From the NCBI GenBank assembly GCA_963666975.2, contig CAXVYR010000004.1:1-64000 (forward strand): 64,000 nt of DNA, in the 5' to 3' direction. The translations under genes were made by a program, and so were the position numbers. The first letter of the stretch is position 1; each line of letters opens with the position of its first letter. Below are positions 1-10,207 of the stretch, piece after piece. A model generated the notes under the pieces. That model had not been told where the DNA came from. It saw only the letters and a list, made by a program, of their open reading frames with translations, and ran no database searches. Source of the DNA: Terriglobia bacterium. GTDB lineage: Bacteria > Acidobacteriota > Terriglobia > 2-12-FULL-54-10.

Positions 1-500
1 AATTTCGGGACCTGGCAAGGGCGGCTACCACAAGAGTTGCGCCTGCGGGAGATTACTACGGTCGAGGCAGCGAATGGGTTCCTGCGGGAGGGCTATATCG
101 GGGAGTTCAATCGGCGCTTTGCCGTGCCGACCGCCCAACCGGGCAGCGCCTTTTTGCCGCCAGTCAGACGGGAGTTAGACCGCATCTTCTCGATCCAGCA
201 CGAACGGGTAGTGAATCGGGACAATACGGTCAGTCTGGAGAACCGCCTCCTCCAGATCGAGAAAACTCCCTGGCGCGGGACTCTGGCGGGCTGCCGTGTG
301 ACCGTCTATGAACACCTGGATAGGACGTTGAGCATTGGCTATGGACCGCACACAGTGGGTCGCTACTCCTCCGAGGGGGTGGCGATCCGGTGCGGTGGTC
401 GGCGGCGGAGCCCCGTGGCTTCCCGACGACACCATTCGGCGCTCACCTCCGTCGCCCTACGGGCTCCTTCGGTCAGCGCCGAACCACTCTCGGTAGGATC
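1..500 (+). pseudogene. 3' part of an IS1202-like (ISNCY/IS481-related) DDE transposase, right terminal repeat missing
   Basis: Near-identical to 17122-17621. Identity stops after GGTAGGATC at 500, so the TG...ACA right end of the full copy is absent. The 5' part lies outside the window. Confidence 0.9.
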
Positions 501-513
501 CAGTGAGACCATC

Positions 514-542
514 TTGACGTGAGTGCTACCGAGTGCTACCCT
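514..542 (+). promoter_or_regulatory. sigma70-like promoter of the parDE-like operon with a direct-repeat operator
   Basis: TTGACG-17 nt-TACCCT with an extended TG. The direct repeat GAGTGCTACC x2 (521-540) covers the spacer and -10, as expected for ribbon-helix-helix antitoxin autorepression. Confidence 0.6.
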
Positions 543-562
543 GTTGCCCAGGAGGGTGCCTC

Positions 563-838
563 TTGACTGTCAAGTCCTCGATTTCTATTACAGATGAGCA
601 CCACGCCTTTGCCAAGGCGTTGGTCGATACGGGGCGTTATGCCAGTGTCAGCGCGGTTTTTCAGCAGGGCATTAATCTACTGCGACAACGTTTGGATGTC
701 GAAGACCTGGAGCGCAGGGCGCTATACGAAGTTCTGTCCCGCCGCCGGGCCGGCGAGTTTGTCGGAGCAGAAGAAATGGATGATCGGCTGAGCAGGATGC
801 TCGCCGAGAAGCGCCGTGCCCCTGGTGTTTCGTCTTGA
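563..838 (+). CDS. ParD/CopG-like ribbon-helix-helix antitoxin
   Basis: TTG start at 563 after GGAGG. Sequence MTVKSSISITDEHHAFAKALVDTGRYASVSAVFQQGINLL has the GRYAS.S.V motif and overlaps the downstream toxin gene. Confidence 0.85.
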   Translation: MTVKSSISITDEHHAFAKALVDTGRYASVSAVFQQGINLLRQRLDVEDLERRALYEVLSRRRAGEFVGAEEMDDRLSRMLAEKRRAPGVSS

Positions 839-1169
839 GTTTTCGGCTCAGGCCGAAAACGATTTCGGGCTGATTTTCGACCATCTTCTCGAAAGCTACA
901 TCAGCTTTGGCGAAAGTGTGGAGAGTGCGATCGAACATGCAGCAGCACGGGTTCTGGAAATTCGTGCAACCGCTGATCGCATTTTGGCCGCTCCGCACCG
1001 AGGCGAACGTCACGACGATATTCTGCCGGGACTGCGGCACCTGACGATCAATCGTGCGATCTATTGGTTTGACGTGAATGAAGAAAAAGAGACCGTAAGT
1101 ATCCTGGCAGTGTTTTTTGGTGGACAGGATCACGTCCGTCACATGCTCGCCCGGCTCATCGCTAGCTGA
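816..1169 (+). CDS. RelE/ParE-family toxin
   Basis: FRLEFSAQAEND ... PHRGERHDDILPGLRHL ... IYWFDV ... VSILAVFFGGQD matches the ParE pattern and is coupled to the antitoxin. Confidence 0.88.
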   Translation: MPLVFRLEFSAQAENDFGLIFDHLLESYISFGESVESAIEHAAARVLEIRATADRILAAPHRGERHDDILPGLRHLTINRAIYWFDVNEEKETVSILAVFFGGQDHVRHMLARLIAS

Positions 1170-1535
1170 GAAGGTCCATTCATGATAAGTGGATGGACAA
1201 ACGTAGCGAGGGAGGTTCCCGTCTTTTTCTGTTCCGTTCCGACGGGGATCAAGGGAACGTTAAAGTCGATCGTCCGTCGTTAATTGCAGCAGGGGTTAGG
1301 AAGTGCTAGTCTTTGATCTCTTTTCATATCGTAAACGGCTCGCCGAGGGCGAAAGGCCGGATGTATTCGTCTACGACAAGCTTCCCCAGCCACTCCGAGT
1401 GCAGATCGTCCGAATCATGCAAGATGCTATCGGCCAATTTCACGTCGATTCCTCCTATTCCTTAGGAGTGTGATGGTGATGAATCGATGCATCTTATGTC
1501 TCCTGCTCTCCCAGGAAATCCGGCCTGGGCAGCGA

Positions 1536-2330
1536 CTACCAGACGAATGACCGCGATGCTACGAAGCCATCGGGCAGGACGTTGATGCCCATATCTTGAA
1601 AGGCAGAAGGAACGTCGGACCAGAAGACGGTGATGAGCGCACCGGTAACCGCCAGTCCGACGCCGGTGTAACGGAGACCCTTAGGCAACGTACCTCTACC
1701 TCTCTTGGCAACGGTGTCCGGTCCGCCGAAGTTGGTGTAGCGTGCTCGCAGCGGCACCTCCTCGCCCCCATTCACGAATTTGCCGTCATCGCGCTTTAAG
1801 CCATAAGTGCCTCCGATAAAGCAGTCGCCACCGCTTTTCACGGCTCTATATTCCCAGAAAACCGCAAAGACAGTGTTGGTCTTCGGGCCATCGAGCGCGC
1901 ACTTTTGATTGTAGAGAGCCATCACGAGGCCGCCTCCGATCAAACCGATACCGATCGCGGTCCGCGTTAGCGAGCGGACACGTGCCGGCTCAGGCTGCTG
2001 TAGCCGCCCGACGCCGGCCGCCATGAATGGCGGGTAGTTCGACGCCGGCGGCACGAGTCGCGCCAGACTGGCCGCTTGGCTGAAGGCTCCGGGATGCGCC
2101 TGGATGTTGGAACTATCCTTGGGGATGTAGATCCCGTCCGCCGGGACGGCCTGCGCGGCAAGCAGCAGCAGCAGCAGAAGAAGGACTGGATTGCGAGTTA
2201 GATCGGAGAAACGGCGCAGGGCCGAAGGTAAGGTGCACTCATAGCCGCACCTTGGCTTTTTAAAATCAGCGATGGAGCCGTTCCAGCCAATGTCGAGCTT
2301 TTCTTGCATGCTTGAGTCGGACATGGACAT
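1536..2330 (-). CDS. hypothetical exported/membrane protein (start uncertain)
   Basis: 264-aa ORF with a signal-like LLLLLLLAAQAVPA stretch, two hydrophobic segments and an aromatic C-terminus (SFVW). Confidence 0.5.
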   Translation of the reverse strand: MSMSDSSMQEKLDIGWNGSIADFKKPRCGYECTLPSALRRFSDLTRNPVLLLLLLLLAAQAVPADGIYIPKDSSNIQAHPGAFSQAASLARLVPPASNYPPFMAAGVGRLQQPEPARVRSLTRTAIGIGLIGGGLVMALYNQKCALDGPKTNTVFAVFWEYRAVKSGGDCFIGGTYGLKRDDGKFVNGGEEVPLRARYTNFGGPDTVAKRGRGTLPKGLRYTGVGLAVTGALITVFWSDVPSAFQDMGINVLPDGFVASRSFVW

Positions 2331-2506
2331 GTAGGATGTATCCTTTCCACTTGCCGATTACTTGCCGGTGAATAGGTCAACTATTCTATCGTAAAATTAA
2401 GTGACATCGGCCAAAGTTACAACACAACCCCGGCGAGGCTTCATCATCCTCACAAAGCATCACCGGCGCTTCTGCATCCCCTTACTTCTCGGCTGTAATG
2501 GAAACG

Positions 2507-3157
2507 TCACGCGACGCGTGGCTCGACCTCCTGTTCGATCTTGGCGCGCACGGTGCGTTCGGCGACGTCGAGATCATAACGGGTCTGGAGATTGATCCAG
2601 AATTCAGGCGTCGTCCCAAAATAGCGTCCCAGGCGCAGTGCAGTGTCGGTCGTGACACTGCGGCGTCCGAGCACGATATCGTTCAACCGTGGGCGAGAAA
2701 CCTTGATTACCTGGGCAAGCCGGTACACGCTGAGTTCCATTGGCGTTAGGAATTCATCGCGCAGTATCTCGCCTGGATGCACCAACGATAGCTGCCGCCC
2801 CGAAGCCACATCCGAGAAGTCAACCTCCCCCCGGTCCATATCCTCACGTTTGATGATCGTGTTCATTCCGCCTCCTGAATGGTAGTCGACGATCTCAACC
2901 TCCCATGCTTCGCCATCGCGCCAGACGAAACAGATACGCCATTGTTCGTTGACGCGAATGCTGTATTGCCCTCGGCGGTCGCCCCGCAACGCCTCAAGTC
3001 GGTTGCCGGGCGGCACTCGCAGATCGTCGAGTTGGCCTGCGGCCTCAATAGCCAGGAGTTTTGCTCTCGCCCGCTGCTGGAGCTGTATTGGCAGGCCGCG
3101 AACGGCATGGCCCGCAAAGATGGCCGCGCTACGCTTGTTGGCGAAACTCTTGATCAC
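2507..3157 (-). CDS. higBA: HigB toxin and HigA antitoxin read as a single fused ORF
   Basis: N-half MIKSF...PPGNRLEALRGDRRGQYSIRVNEQWRICF...EIVDYH is HigB. C-half HPGEILRDEFL...TALRLGRYFGTTPEFWINLQ is HigA. An internal ATG at 2866 has its own GGAGG. Confidence 0.9.
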   Translation of the reverse strand: MIKSFANKRSAAIFAGHAVRGLPIQLQQRARAKLLAIEAAGQLDDLRVPPGNRLEALRGDRRGQYSIRVNEQWRICFVWRDGEAWEVEIVDYHSGGGMNTIIKREDMDRGEVDFSDVASGRQLSLVHPGEILRDEFLTPMELSVYRLAQVIKVSRPRLNDIVLGRRSVTTDTALRLGRYFGTTPEFWINLQTRYDLDVAERTVRAKIEQEVEPRVA

Positions 3158-3163
3158 GAGTAA

Positions 3164-3192
3164 GCGTAACGAAAAGCGGTACGCCCAGTCAA
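3164..3192 (-). promoter_or_regulatory. higBA promoter with palindromic operator
   Basis: Minus strand TTGACT-18-TACGCT lies just before the GTG start (probably leaderless). An imperfect palindrome GCGTAACG-AAAAG-CGGTACGC is at 3164-3184. Confidence 0.6.
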
Positions 3193-3734
3193 GAGTTTCC
3201 GTCGCCCGACATCGATTGAATTGACCGTTATTGTGAGATCCCCCAGATAAAGTGAATTCCGGATAATATACACAGAACCATTCGTTAATATAAAATGGGT
3301 CTTTGTCGTGGGCTAAGGGGGCTGTTGGAGCCGCCGCTATCCCTCAACCTTGGCAGCCAGCACGATGCGCGCACACGCTTCCGCGCCGGAACCCGCGTCG
3401 TGCTGCCATCGGAATCTGGCGAGTAATCGATTCGTGCATCAAAGGTAACCCCAAAGAACGGTCCAGACGTCCCATCGCCCACATCAACCCCCATGCGGGG
3501 GCGGAAGATGATCGGTCGGCAGGGACTGAATCACCACTGGCGGCCTGTTCGGACGACGTTCTGCTCATTCCGGTTCAAAGCTCGAGTTTCTTTCCGTCCT
3601 ATGTTGGCGCGACGGCCCTTCCGAGGTGCTGGCCGGTATGGTCGTTGCCCACAGCGGCCGCCCGGTGGTCGACAATATCGACAATCTCGAGCGCTTGCGC
3701 CGTGAGATGGGCCAGTATTGGCAGGAGTGAGTGA

Positions 3735-3850
3735 GGCATCCCGAACGCTTGCACGTCTGCCTTGATTCCGGCGCGTCAATCCCCTCCAGGCACAACTTTT
3801 CACCGGCAATCTGAACAGTGTCGGCGTCGATGATGCGAGTGAAGACGGAA
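3735..3850 (-). pseudogene. thermonuclease (SNase-like) remnant
   Basis: Minus frame reads RIIDADTVQIAGEKLCLEGIDAPESRQTCK, matching the SNase DGDT...RL.GIDAPE motif. It has no valid start and degenerates downstream. Confidence 0.65.
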
Positions 3851-3907
3851 TGGTTGCCGAAGAACAGAATTCGGCTAAGATGACAATGGAGACCTGCTGC
3901 CGACTAG

Positions 3908-5408
3908 CAGCCCGTGGTGGAAGGGGCTTTTTTCAAGCCGCGTTTCGTTGATACCCCAGTGACGGTAGAACGGTCCATTGGACTGGGGAAAGTTCCTGGG
4001 GGTGGTGATGGGATTCCGAGCAGCTTTCCAGAACCATCCAGACGGCATAGAAACAGAAAAACAGGTGGTTCCGGAGGTCTTGCAGGCCGCGCGGCGTCCC
4101 CACTCCGATTTCCCGGCGCAGGATCAGGCTCAGGTTGAACGCCGCCACATGAATCAGCAGCCGCTTCAGGATGTTCCGATGCCCCCGCAGATGCGTCCTC
4201 CTCATTCCGCCCGTGTCGTAGACATGCGCAAACGTTCGTTCGAGGAACTCTCCCCGCCGGCGCAGGAGTTGTTTGCCCCGCTCGCCCCGGATGCGCCGCC
4301 GATTCCCATAGACCGCCGCCTGCTGGCCTCGCTTGCCGTTCCACTTCCGCCGCCCTCGCTGCGGCTCGGAAATGTAGGACCGTACCCCGATCTCCCCCCA
4401 ATCTTCCAGCAGCGCCCCGCTATGATAGCCCTTGTCCGTTACCACCTCTTCCAGTCCCCGCGCCTTCCTCTCTTCATCCGCCGTTGGTTCTTCCCCCGCC
4501 GCCTCCACCTGTTCGGCGGCCTCGATGAATGTTTCTTTGATCGTCGTCGTGTCGCCCGGGTCCGCCCCTTGCACCGTCACCGCCACTACCGCTCCCGTCT
4601 CCAGGTCTACGGCATGTTCCGCCTTGTGCGCCAGGTGCTTCCGCCCATCTTTCATCTTCGTGATGCGCGCCTCCGGATCGTGCGGGTTCACCCACTCCCG
4701 GTTCGATCCCTTCTGCTTCCGCTTCCGGTCCAGCCGCGCCAGCTCCTCCCGCGTCGGCGTCTCGATCCCCGATTCCTTCGCCAGCCGCGTCAGAAACTCC
4801 GCGTAGCTCTCCCCGCTCTCCCGCCGCACAATGCTACGCAGCGCCGCATTCGCTTCCAGCGTCGTCGCATCGATCCCCAGCGTCTTCCCCGCCAGCAGTC
4901 CCTTTCCCGCGATCATCCCCAGCACCCAGGTGAACACGTCCCGGTGTGTTTCCACGTCGATCAGCCGCCGCGTCCGCGAGATCGTCGAGTGATCCGGCGG
5001 CGCCTCCTCCAGTCCGATCCGCAGAAACCGCCGCAGCCCCAGCGAATCTGCCGCTCGCCAGGCGATCCCCCGCTCCGAGTCCAGCCCCTCGAAATACCCC
5101 ACCAGCAGCAGCCGGAAGTAGATCCCCGGAGCTAAGCTCGGCCGCCCCATCTTCGGAGCGTAGAACTTCCGGCACCGCTCCTCCACAAAGGTGTCATACC
5201 CGGCTTCCGCCAGCAGCTCATTTAACCGCTCATAGAATGGATGCCCCCCAGACCGCGGCAGATCGGCCGTCGCGATCCACAAACCTTCCTGTCGTTCCTG
5301 TTGTTTTCGTGTGCCCATCGCCATGCCGCCATTGTCGAACCTCTCCTTCTTCCTCGCAAGCCCATTCTTCCAAAATCTCGCCCTCCGACACACTTTCACC
5401 ACGGGCTC
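3908..5408 (-). mobile_element. IS1182/IS5-like insertion sequence, copy 1
   Basis: Terminal IRs CAGCCCGTGGTGGAAG and GAGCCCGTGGTGAAAG, with CTAG on both sides (3904-3907 and 5409-5412). A second copy is at 18571-20071. Confidence 0.92.
3933..5324 (-). CDS. DDE transposase (IS1182/IS5-like, DUF772-type N-terminus)
   Basis: Motifs GRPSLAP, PDHSTISRTR, IDATTLEANA, VTDKGY and ERTFAH. The likely start is MAMGTRK at 5324. Confidence 0.92.
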   Translation of the reverse strand: MAMGTRKQQERQEGLWIATADLPRSGGHPFYERLNELLAEAGYDTFVEERCRKFYAPKMGRPSLAPGIYFRLLLVGYFEGLDSERGIAWRAADSLGLRRFLRIGLEEAPPDHSTISRTRRLIDVETHRDVFTWVLGMIAGKGLLAGKTLGIDATTLEANAALRSIVRRESGESYAEFLTRLAKESGIETPTREELARLDRKRKQKGSNREWVNPHDPEARITKMKDGRKHLAHKAEHAVDLETGAVVAVTVQGADPGDTTTIKETFIEAAEQVEAAGEEPTADEERKARGLEEVVTDKGYHSGALLEDWGEIGVRSYISEPQRGRRKWNGKRGQQAAVYGNRRRIRGERGKQLLRRRGEFLERTFAHVYDTGGMRRTHLRGHRNILKRLLIHVAAFNLSLILRREIGVGTPRGLQDLRNHLFFCFYAVWMVLESCSESHHHPQELSPVQWTVLPSLGYQRNAA

Positions 5409-5412
5409 CTAG

Positions 5413-6200
5413 CGCTGACCGAAGGAGCCCGTAGGGCGACTGAGGTTAGCGCCGAATGGTGTTGTCGGGAAGCCACAGGGCTCCGCCACCGACCGCCGCA
5501 CCGGACCGCCACCCCCTCGGAGGAGTAGCGGCCCATAGCCAATGCTTAACGTCCCATCCAGGTGTTCATAGACGGTCACCCGGCAGCCCGCCAGAGTCCC
5601 GCGCCAAGGAGTTTTCTCGATCTGGAGGAGGCGGTTCTCCAGATTGACCGTATTGTCCCGATTCACTATCCGCTGGTGCTGGATCGAGAAGATTCGGTCT
5701 AACTCCCGCCTGGCTGACGGCAAAAAGGCGCTGCCTGGTTGGGTGGCCGGCACGGCAAAGCGCCGGTTGAACTCCCCGATATAGCCCTCCCGCAGGAACC
5801 GATTCGCTGCCTCTAGCGTGATGATTCCCCGCAGGCGCAGTTCCTGCGGCAGCCGCCCTTGCCAGGTCCCGAAGTTTCGCTCGCTCCGTCCCCGCGCCTG
5901 CGGCGAATAGGCCGGAATCATCTGAATGCCCAGCTCCCGCAGGGCGCGGCCCACCTGGGTCAGCCGTTGCCGATACACCGGCTCGCCCGCCTTCCGGGTC
6001 AGGAAGAAATGACTGGCCCGGTCGCTATAAAGGGCGCAAAAGATCCCCTGCTGCTCGACCACCTCCCGCAGGGCAACCAGCACCGTCCGCGTCGATTCCT
6101 GCTCTACCAGTTGCGCATAGTAAATCTCGCTGCTGGCATCATCCAGGACCACCAGCAGGTCATACCAGCGATCATCGACAAACCACCGATGCTGGCTCCC
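5413..6200 (-). pseudogene. internal fragment of a diverged IS1202-like transposase
   Basis: Homologous to 16800-17600 but with substitutions and a short frameshifting deletion near 5530. It is cut by the IS3 element at 6201 and the IS1182-like element at 5412. Confidence 0.88.
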
Positions 6201-6287
6201 TGTGCCCCGTCAGGGCTTGTTGGACAGGTAGAGGGTAATAGTTAAGGTGATGTTTTTGGCTCATCGTAGAGACTGAAAGGAACGAAG

Positions 6288-6659
6288 ATGAGACAAAAAC
6301 AAGACGACAGGGGGGCGGTCGAGAAGGCCGTCCGGGAGATCAAACGCAGGACGCGGCGCAGGTTCAGCCCGGAAGACAAAATCCGCATTGTATTGCAGGG
6401 ACTTCGCGGCGAGGACAGCATCGCGGAGCTGTGCCGCCGCGAGGGGCTGCACCAGAACCAGTATTACCGCTGGAGCAAGGAGTTTCTGGAGGCTGGCCGC
6501 AAGCGGCTGGCGGGCGACATAGACCGTGAGGCAACCAGTGGCGAAGTCAAGACTCTGCGGGAGCAGGCCGTACAGCTGAAAGAGGCCCTGGCCGAGGCTA
6601 TGCTGGAAAATCGCCTGCTAAAAAAAAGCGTGATCGGGGATGGGGAGGAACATACATGA
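6288..6659 (+). CDS. IS3 OrfA (HTH)
   Basis: RRFSPEDKIRIVLQGLRGEDSIAELCRREG and ENRLLKK before the frameshift window. Confidence 0.9.
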   Translation: MRQKQDDRGAVEKAVREIKRRTRRRFSPEDKIRIVLQGLRGEDSIAELCRREGLHQNQYYRWSKEFLEAGRKRLAGDIDREATSGEVKTLREQAVQLKEALAEAMLENRLLKKSVIGDGEEHT

Positions 6660-7639
6660 GATACCCTGCCTCGGAGAAGCTGGAGATCATCTGCACGGTG
6701 GAGCAATCTGCCCTGGGGGTGCGCCGGACGCTGCAGCAGGTTGGCATTCCCAGATCGACGTTTTACAACTGGTACGACCGCTATGTGTCGGAAGGCTTTG
6801 ATGGGCTGGAAGACAAAAAACCCGATCCTGGCCCTGTCTGGAACAAGGTGCCGGAGGAGATAACTCAGCAGTTGGTGACGTTAGCCCTGGCCGAGCCCGA
6901 TCTGTCGTCACGCGAGCTGGCGGTGCGTTTTACCGAGGAAAGGCGGTATTACCTTTCTGAATCGACGGTTTACCGCGTCCTGAAAAGCCATGACCTGATT
7001 ACCGCGCCAGCCTTTATTGTCCTGAAAGCGGCGGAACGGTTCGCCAACCCGACCACGGCGGTCAACCAGCTCTGGCAGACCGACTTCACCTACCTGAAAG
7101 TCATCGGTTGGGGCTGGTTCTACCTGTCCACGGTGCTGGACGACTTCTCGCGCTATATCATCGCCTGGCGGCTGTGCAAAACCATGAGCGCAAGTGACGT
7201 CTCGGCCACGTTGCGGGATGCTTTGCAAGCCACCGGCCTCGACCGCGTGGGCGCCCGGCACAGACCTCGCCTCCTGAGCGACAACGGGCCGTGCTACGTC
7301 TCTTCCGAACTGCAATCATGGCTGGCAGAAAACAGCGTGCCGCATACTCGCGGCAAGCCCTATCACCCCATGACGCAGGGCAAGATCGAACGCTGGCACC
7401 GAACTCTGAAAGACCGCATCCTGCTCAACAACTATTACCTGCCAGAAGAGCTGGAGCGGCAGATCGATGCCTTCGTCAACCACTACAACACCAACCGATA
7501 CCATGAAAGCCTGAACAACCTGACACCGTATGACGTTTTTACAGGCCAAGGCAGTGCCATCCTGCAAAAACGGGATCGCATCAAAGAGAAAACTATGATC
7601 TTAAGAAAACGGTTGCACTTCAAAAGAAGGGCAGCCTAA
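6656..7639 (+). CDS. IS3 OrfB (rve integrase core)
   Basis: DDE motifs WQTDFTY, LSDNGPCY and QGKIERWHRTLK. Confidence 0.92.
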   Translation: MRYPASEKLEIICTVEQSALGVRRTLQQVGIPRSTFYNWYDRYVSEGFDGLEDKKPDPGPVWNKVPEEITQQLVTLALAEPDLSSRELAVRFTEERRYYLSESTVYRVLKSHDLITAPAFIVLKAAERFANPTTAVNQLWQTDFTYLKVIGWGWFYLSTVLDDFSRYIIAWRLCKTMSASDVSATLRDALQATGLDRVGARHRPRLLSDNGPCYVSSELQSWLAENSVPHTRGKPYHPMTQGKIERWHRTLKDRILLNNYYLPEELERQIDAFVNHYNTNRYHESLNNLTPYDVFTGQGSAILQKRDRIKEKTMILRKRLHFKRRAA

Positions 7640-7712
7640 CATCAACCCAGAGGAGCCTGAACGCCACCTTATCTTTTTATGCTCTGTGTCCAACATTATC
7701 TGACGACGTACA

Positions 7713-8394
7713 GTCCGGGGATAAAGACATTGATAACATTATGGACATTATTGAGCAAGCCAGCAAGGATGCCGGCTTTACCGAGGTGGAAATCCGGGCC
7801 AAGCGGCATACCGCTGACCACAGCGCCATGTGGCCCCGGCCAGACCAGATCCCGCGTCTGAAGAAGCTTGGCATGGTTGCCGACGGGAATGCTTTTGAGA
7901 TTCGTCAGGCCTCGCCCGGGATTTTCCAGACTTACGGGGAAAGGGTCACCAGTTGGGTTGTGCCCAAGAAACGGCTGGTCGAAGGCGGAGTGTACAACAC
8001 CTTTGAAATGGACCGGGCGCTCGGGAGCACGGACCTTACCATCTTCGATGGCATTTCTTGGTTGATCAATCGAAAGGGCTGGGACGGGAAAGTGTATGGA
8101 GCCGATCAGACCGTGGATCGGGAGACGGCTTTGAAATCGGCTACCGTCTGGGGCGCCTACTTCTCCTTGCGAGAAGATGTACTGGGTTCGCTCGAACCGG
8201 GCAAGTGGGCTGATTTCCTCGTGCTGGACCGGGACTACTTGACGATTCCAACCGATGACATCGAGAACATTCGGGTCCTGATGACGGTGCTCGGTGGCAA
8301 GACCATTCATCTGGTTCCCTCCCTGGCGCGGGAGATCGGGATGCCGCCTGCGGGCGCTCAGGTGACGCTCGGTGGACCGGCTGCGCAATGGTAA
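7713..8394 (+). pseudogene. 5'-truncated amidohydrolase (YtcJ / Amidohydro_3-like), C-terminal third
   Basis: GSLEPGKWADFLVLDRDYLTIP...VLMTVLGGK. It begins directly at the IS3 right end and is a paralog of 10208-12109. Confidence 0.85.
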
Positions 8395-8468
8395 GCGGCC
8401 CCGGGCACCGGTTTGTCGCTGAAGTTCGGCGAAGATGAGGGACGATCCCCGGAGGAAAGCGATCCAAC

Positions 8469-10085
8469 TCAGTGGCCGGAACGTATGGCTTGTGCGCGGG
8501 CTAACAGTTTCTTTCCCTCGGAAACCCTCCCCAGCGCCATGTGGATACGTGCCATTTTTTCCAATATTCCGGCCACGCGGGGATGGTGCGGTCCGAGCTG
8601 CTTTTCCACAATAGCGAGAGATTGTTTCACAAGGGGTTCTGGTGCGTGATAGTCCCGCTGTTGCTCATAAGCCGTGGCTAAGTTGTTCAGCGATTGGGCA
8701 ACATCGAGATGATCCGAGCCGAGGAACTTTTCTCGGAGCTCCAGTGCTTGTCGGTAAAGAGGCTCCGCCTCCGCGGGTTTTCCTTGATCCTGTAACGTTC
8801 TCGCCTTTCGGTCCAGGGATTCAGCAATTGCCAGAGCGCGGGAACGGACGGCAATGCTGCGCGTCCGCGCTTGTTCGGCTTCTATCTCCCGTCCCATGGC
8901 TCCATAAATTTGAGCCAGTTTTTCCAGAGTCGGTCCGACATTGGGATCGTCCGGACCGAAAATCGCCTCTCCGATGGCGAGCACGCGCCGATACAAAAGC
9001 TCCGCTTCTGCATGTCGGCGCTGCAAATCGTATAGTTCAGCCAAGTTCTTCAGGGCCGTAGCCAGATTATGCCTCTCCAGCTCTCCCGCGTTTTCCCAAA
9101 CGGTGGCAGCCTGCTGATAGAGGGGCTCCGCTTCTTTACTCCGCCCCAGCGCTGTGTAAATGTGTGCCAAGTTGTTTAGCGATTGGGCCACTTCGGAGTG
9201 GTTGGACCCGAGAAGCTTTTTCTGAATGGCCAGAGCCCGTTCTTGGTAGGCTTCGGCGCGCGCGTAGTGCCGCCTGGCTTCCGACTCTCCGGCGGCGGGA
9301 TTCATCCAGCACTGGTCCCCTTGCACTTCGTGCAGGTGGGCGAGCCGGTTCAGGGCTTCGGCCACGCTGAGATGTTCCCTCCCCAGCTTTTCTTCCAGGA
9401 TGGTTACGGATCGCTCCACGAGCGATTGTGCTTCCGGTCAGCGGCTCTCCAGGCCGTAAAGGCGCGCCAGATTGTTCAAGCTGTGCGCCACATCCAGGTG
9501 GGTGGCGCCGAGGAGCTTTTCTCGCGCGGCCAGAGCCCGCCGGTACATTCGCTCACACAACACATATTTTCCCTCCGCCTCGTAGAGCATCCCCAAATTA
9601 TTTAGGGACTGAACGACATCGGGGTCGTCGGAATCCGAGGCTTTCTCCCGGATCGCCAGGGCCTGCTGGAAAAGCGGTTCGGCCCGGGCAAAATTCTGCT
9701 GGGCGTAGTACAAGGCCGCCAAATTGTTCAGCGATTCGGCTACGGCTGGGTGGTTGGGCCCGAGGGCTTTTTTTCGAATGGATAGGGAACGTTGGTAAAG
9801 CGGTTCGGCCTCGCCATACTTGCCTTGGGTGTCATAGAGAAAGGCCAGGTTGTTGAGAGATGCCGCCAGACTGGGATGCTGAGGCCCAAAAAGCTTTTCC
9901 GCCTCCTCGACCGCCTGGCTTAAGGCTGCCGCGGCTTCCGGGTAACGGCCTTGCTCGTAATATTGAAAGGCCTGCTGGTTCAAAGCCTCCCAACGGTTCT
10001 GTTGGGCGAAAGCCGAGCCTCCAACGAGCAACAGCAACAAAAGCCCCGTGAGGCTGTACCAGCTTCTCTTGCCGAAATTTCTCAT
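8469..10085 (-). pseudogene. secreted tetratricopeptide-repeat (kinesin-light-chain type) protein interrupted by one in-frame TGA at 9438-9440
   Basis: Signal peptide MRNFGKRSWYSLTGLLLLLLVGGSAFA and repeated SLNNLA.LY..QG.Y.EAEPLY..AL units. ORFs 9438-10142 and 8469-9419 are in the same frame. Confidence 0.85.
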
Positions 10086-10207
10086 GGGCCAACCGTTCTT
10101 CGCCTGCCCTGAGCCATGACGGAGGGAATGACTCCTCCTCATTCCCTATTCATCCATCACTGCTTTCTCTCCCGAATTTCCTGCCTTGGGTCCGGCTGGC
10201 CGCAGCT

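Larger units (their letters stand above)
6201..7712 (+). mobile_element. IS3-family insertion sequence
   Basis: IRs TGTGCCCCGTCAGGGCTTGTTGGACA and (revcomp) TGTACGTCGTCAGATAATGTTGGACA. It has orfA/orfB with an A8 slippery run at 6620-6627 and no target duplication. Confidence 0.92.
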
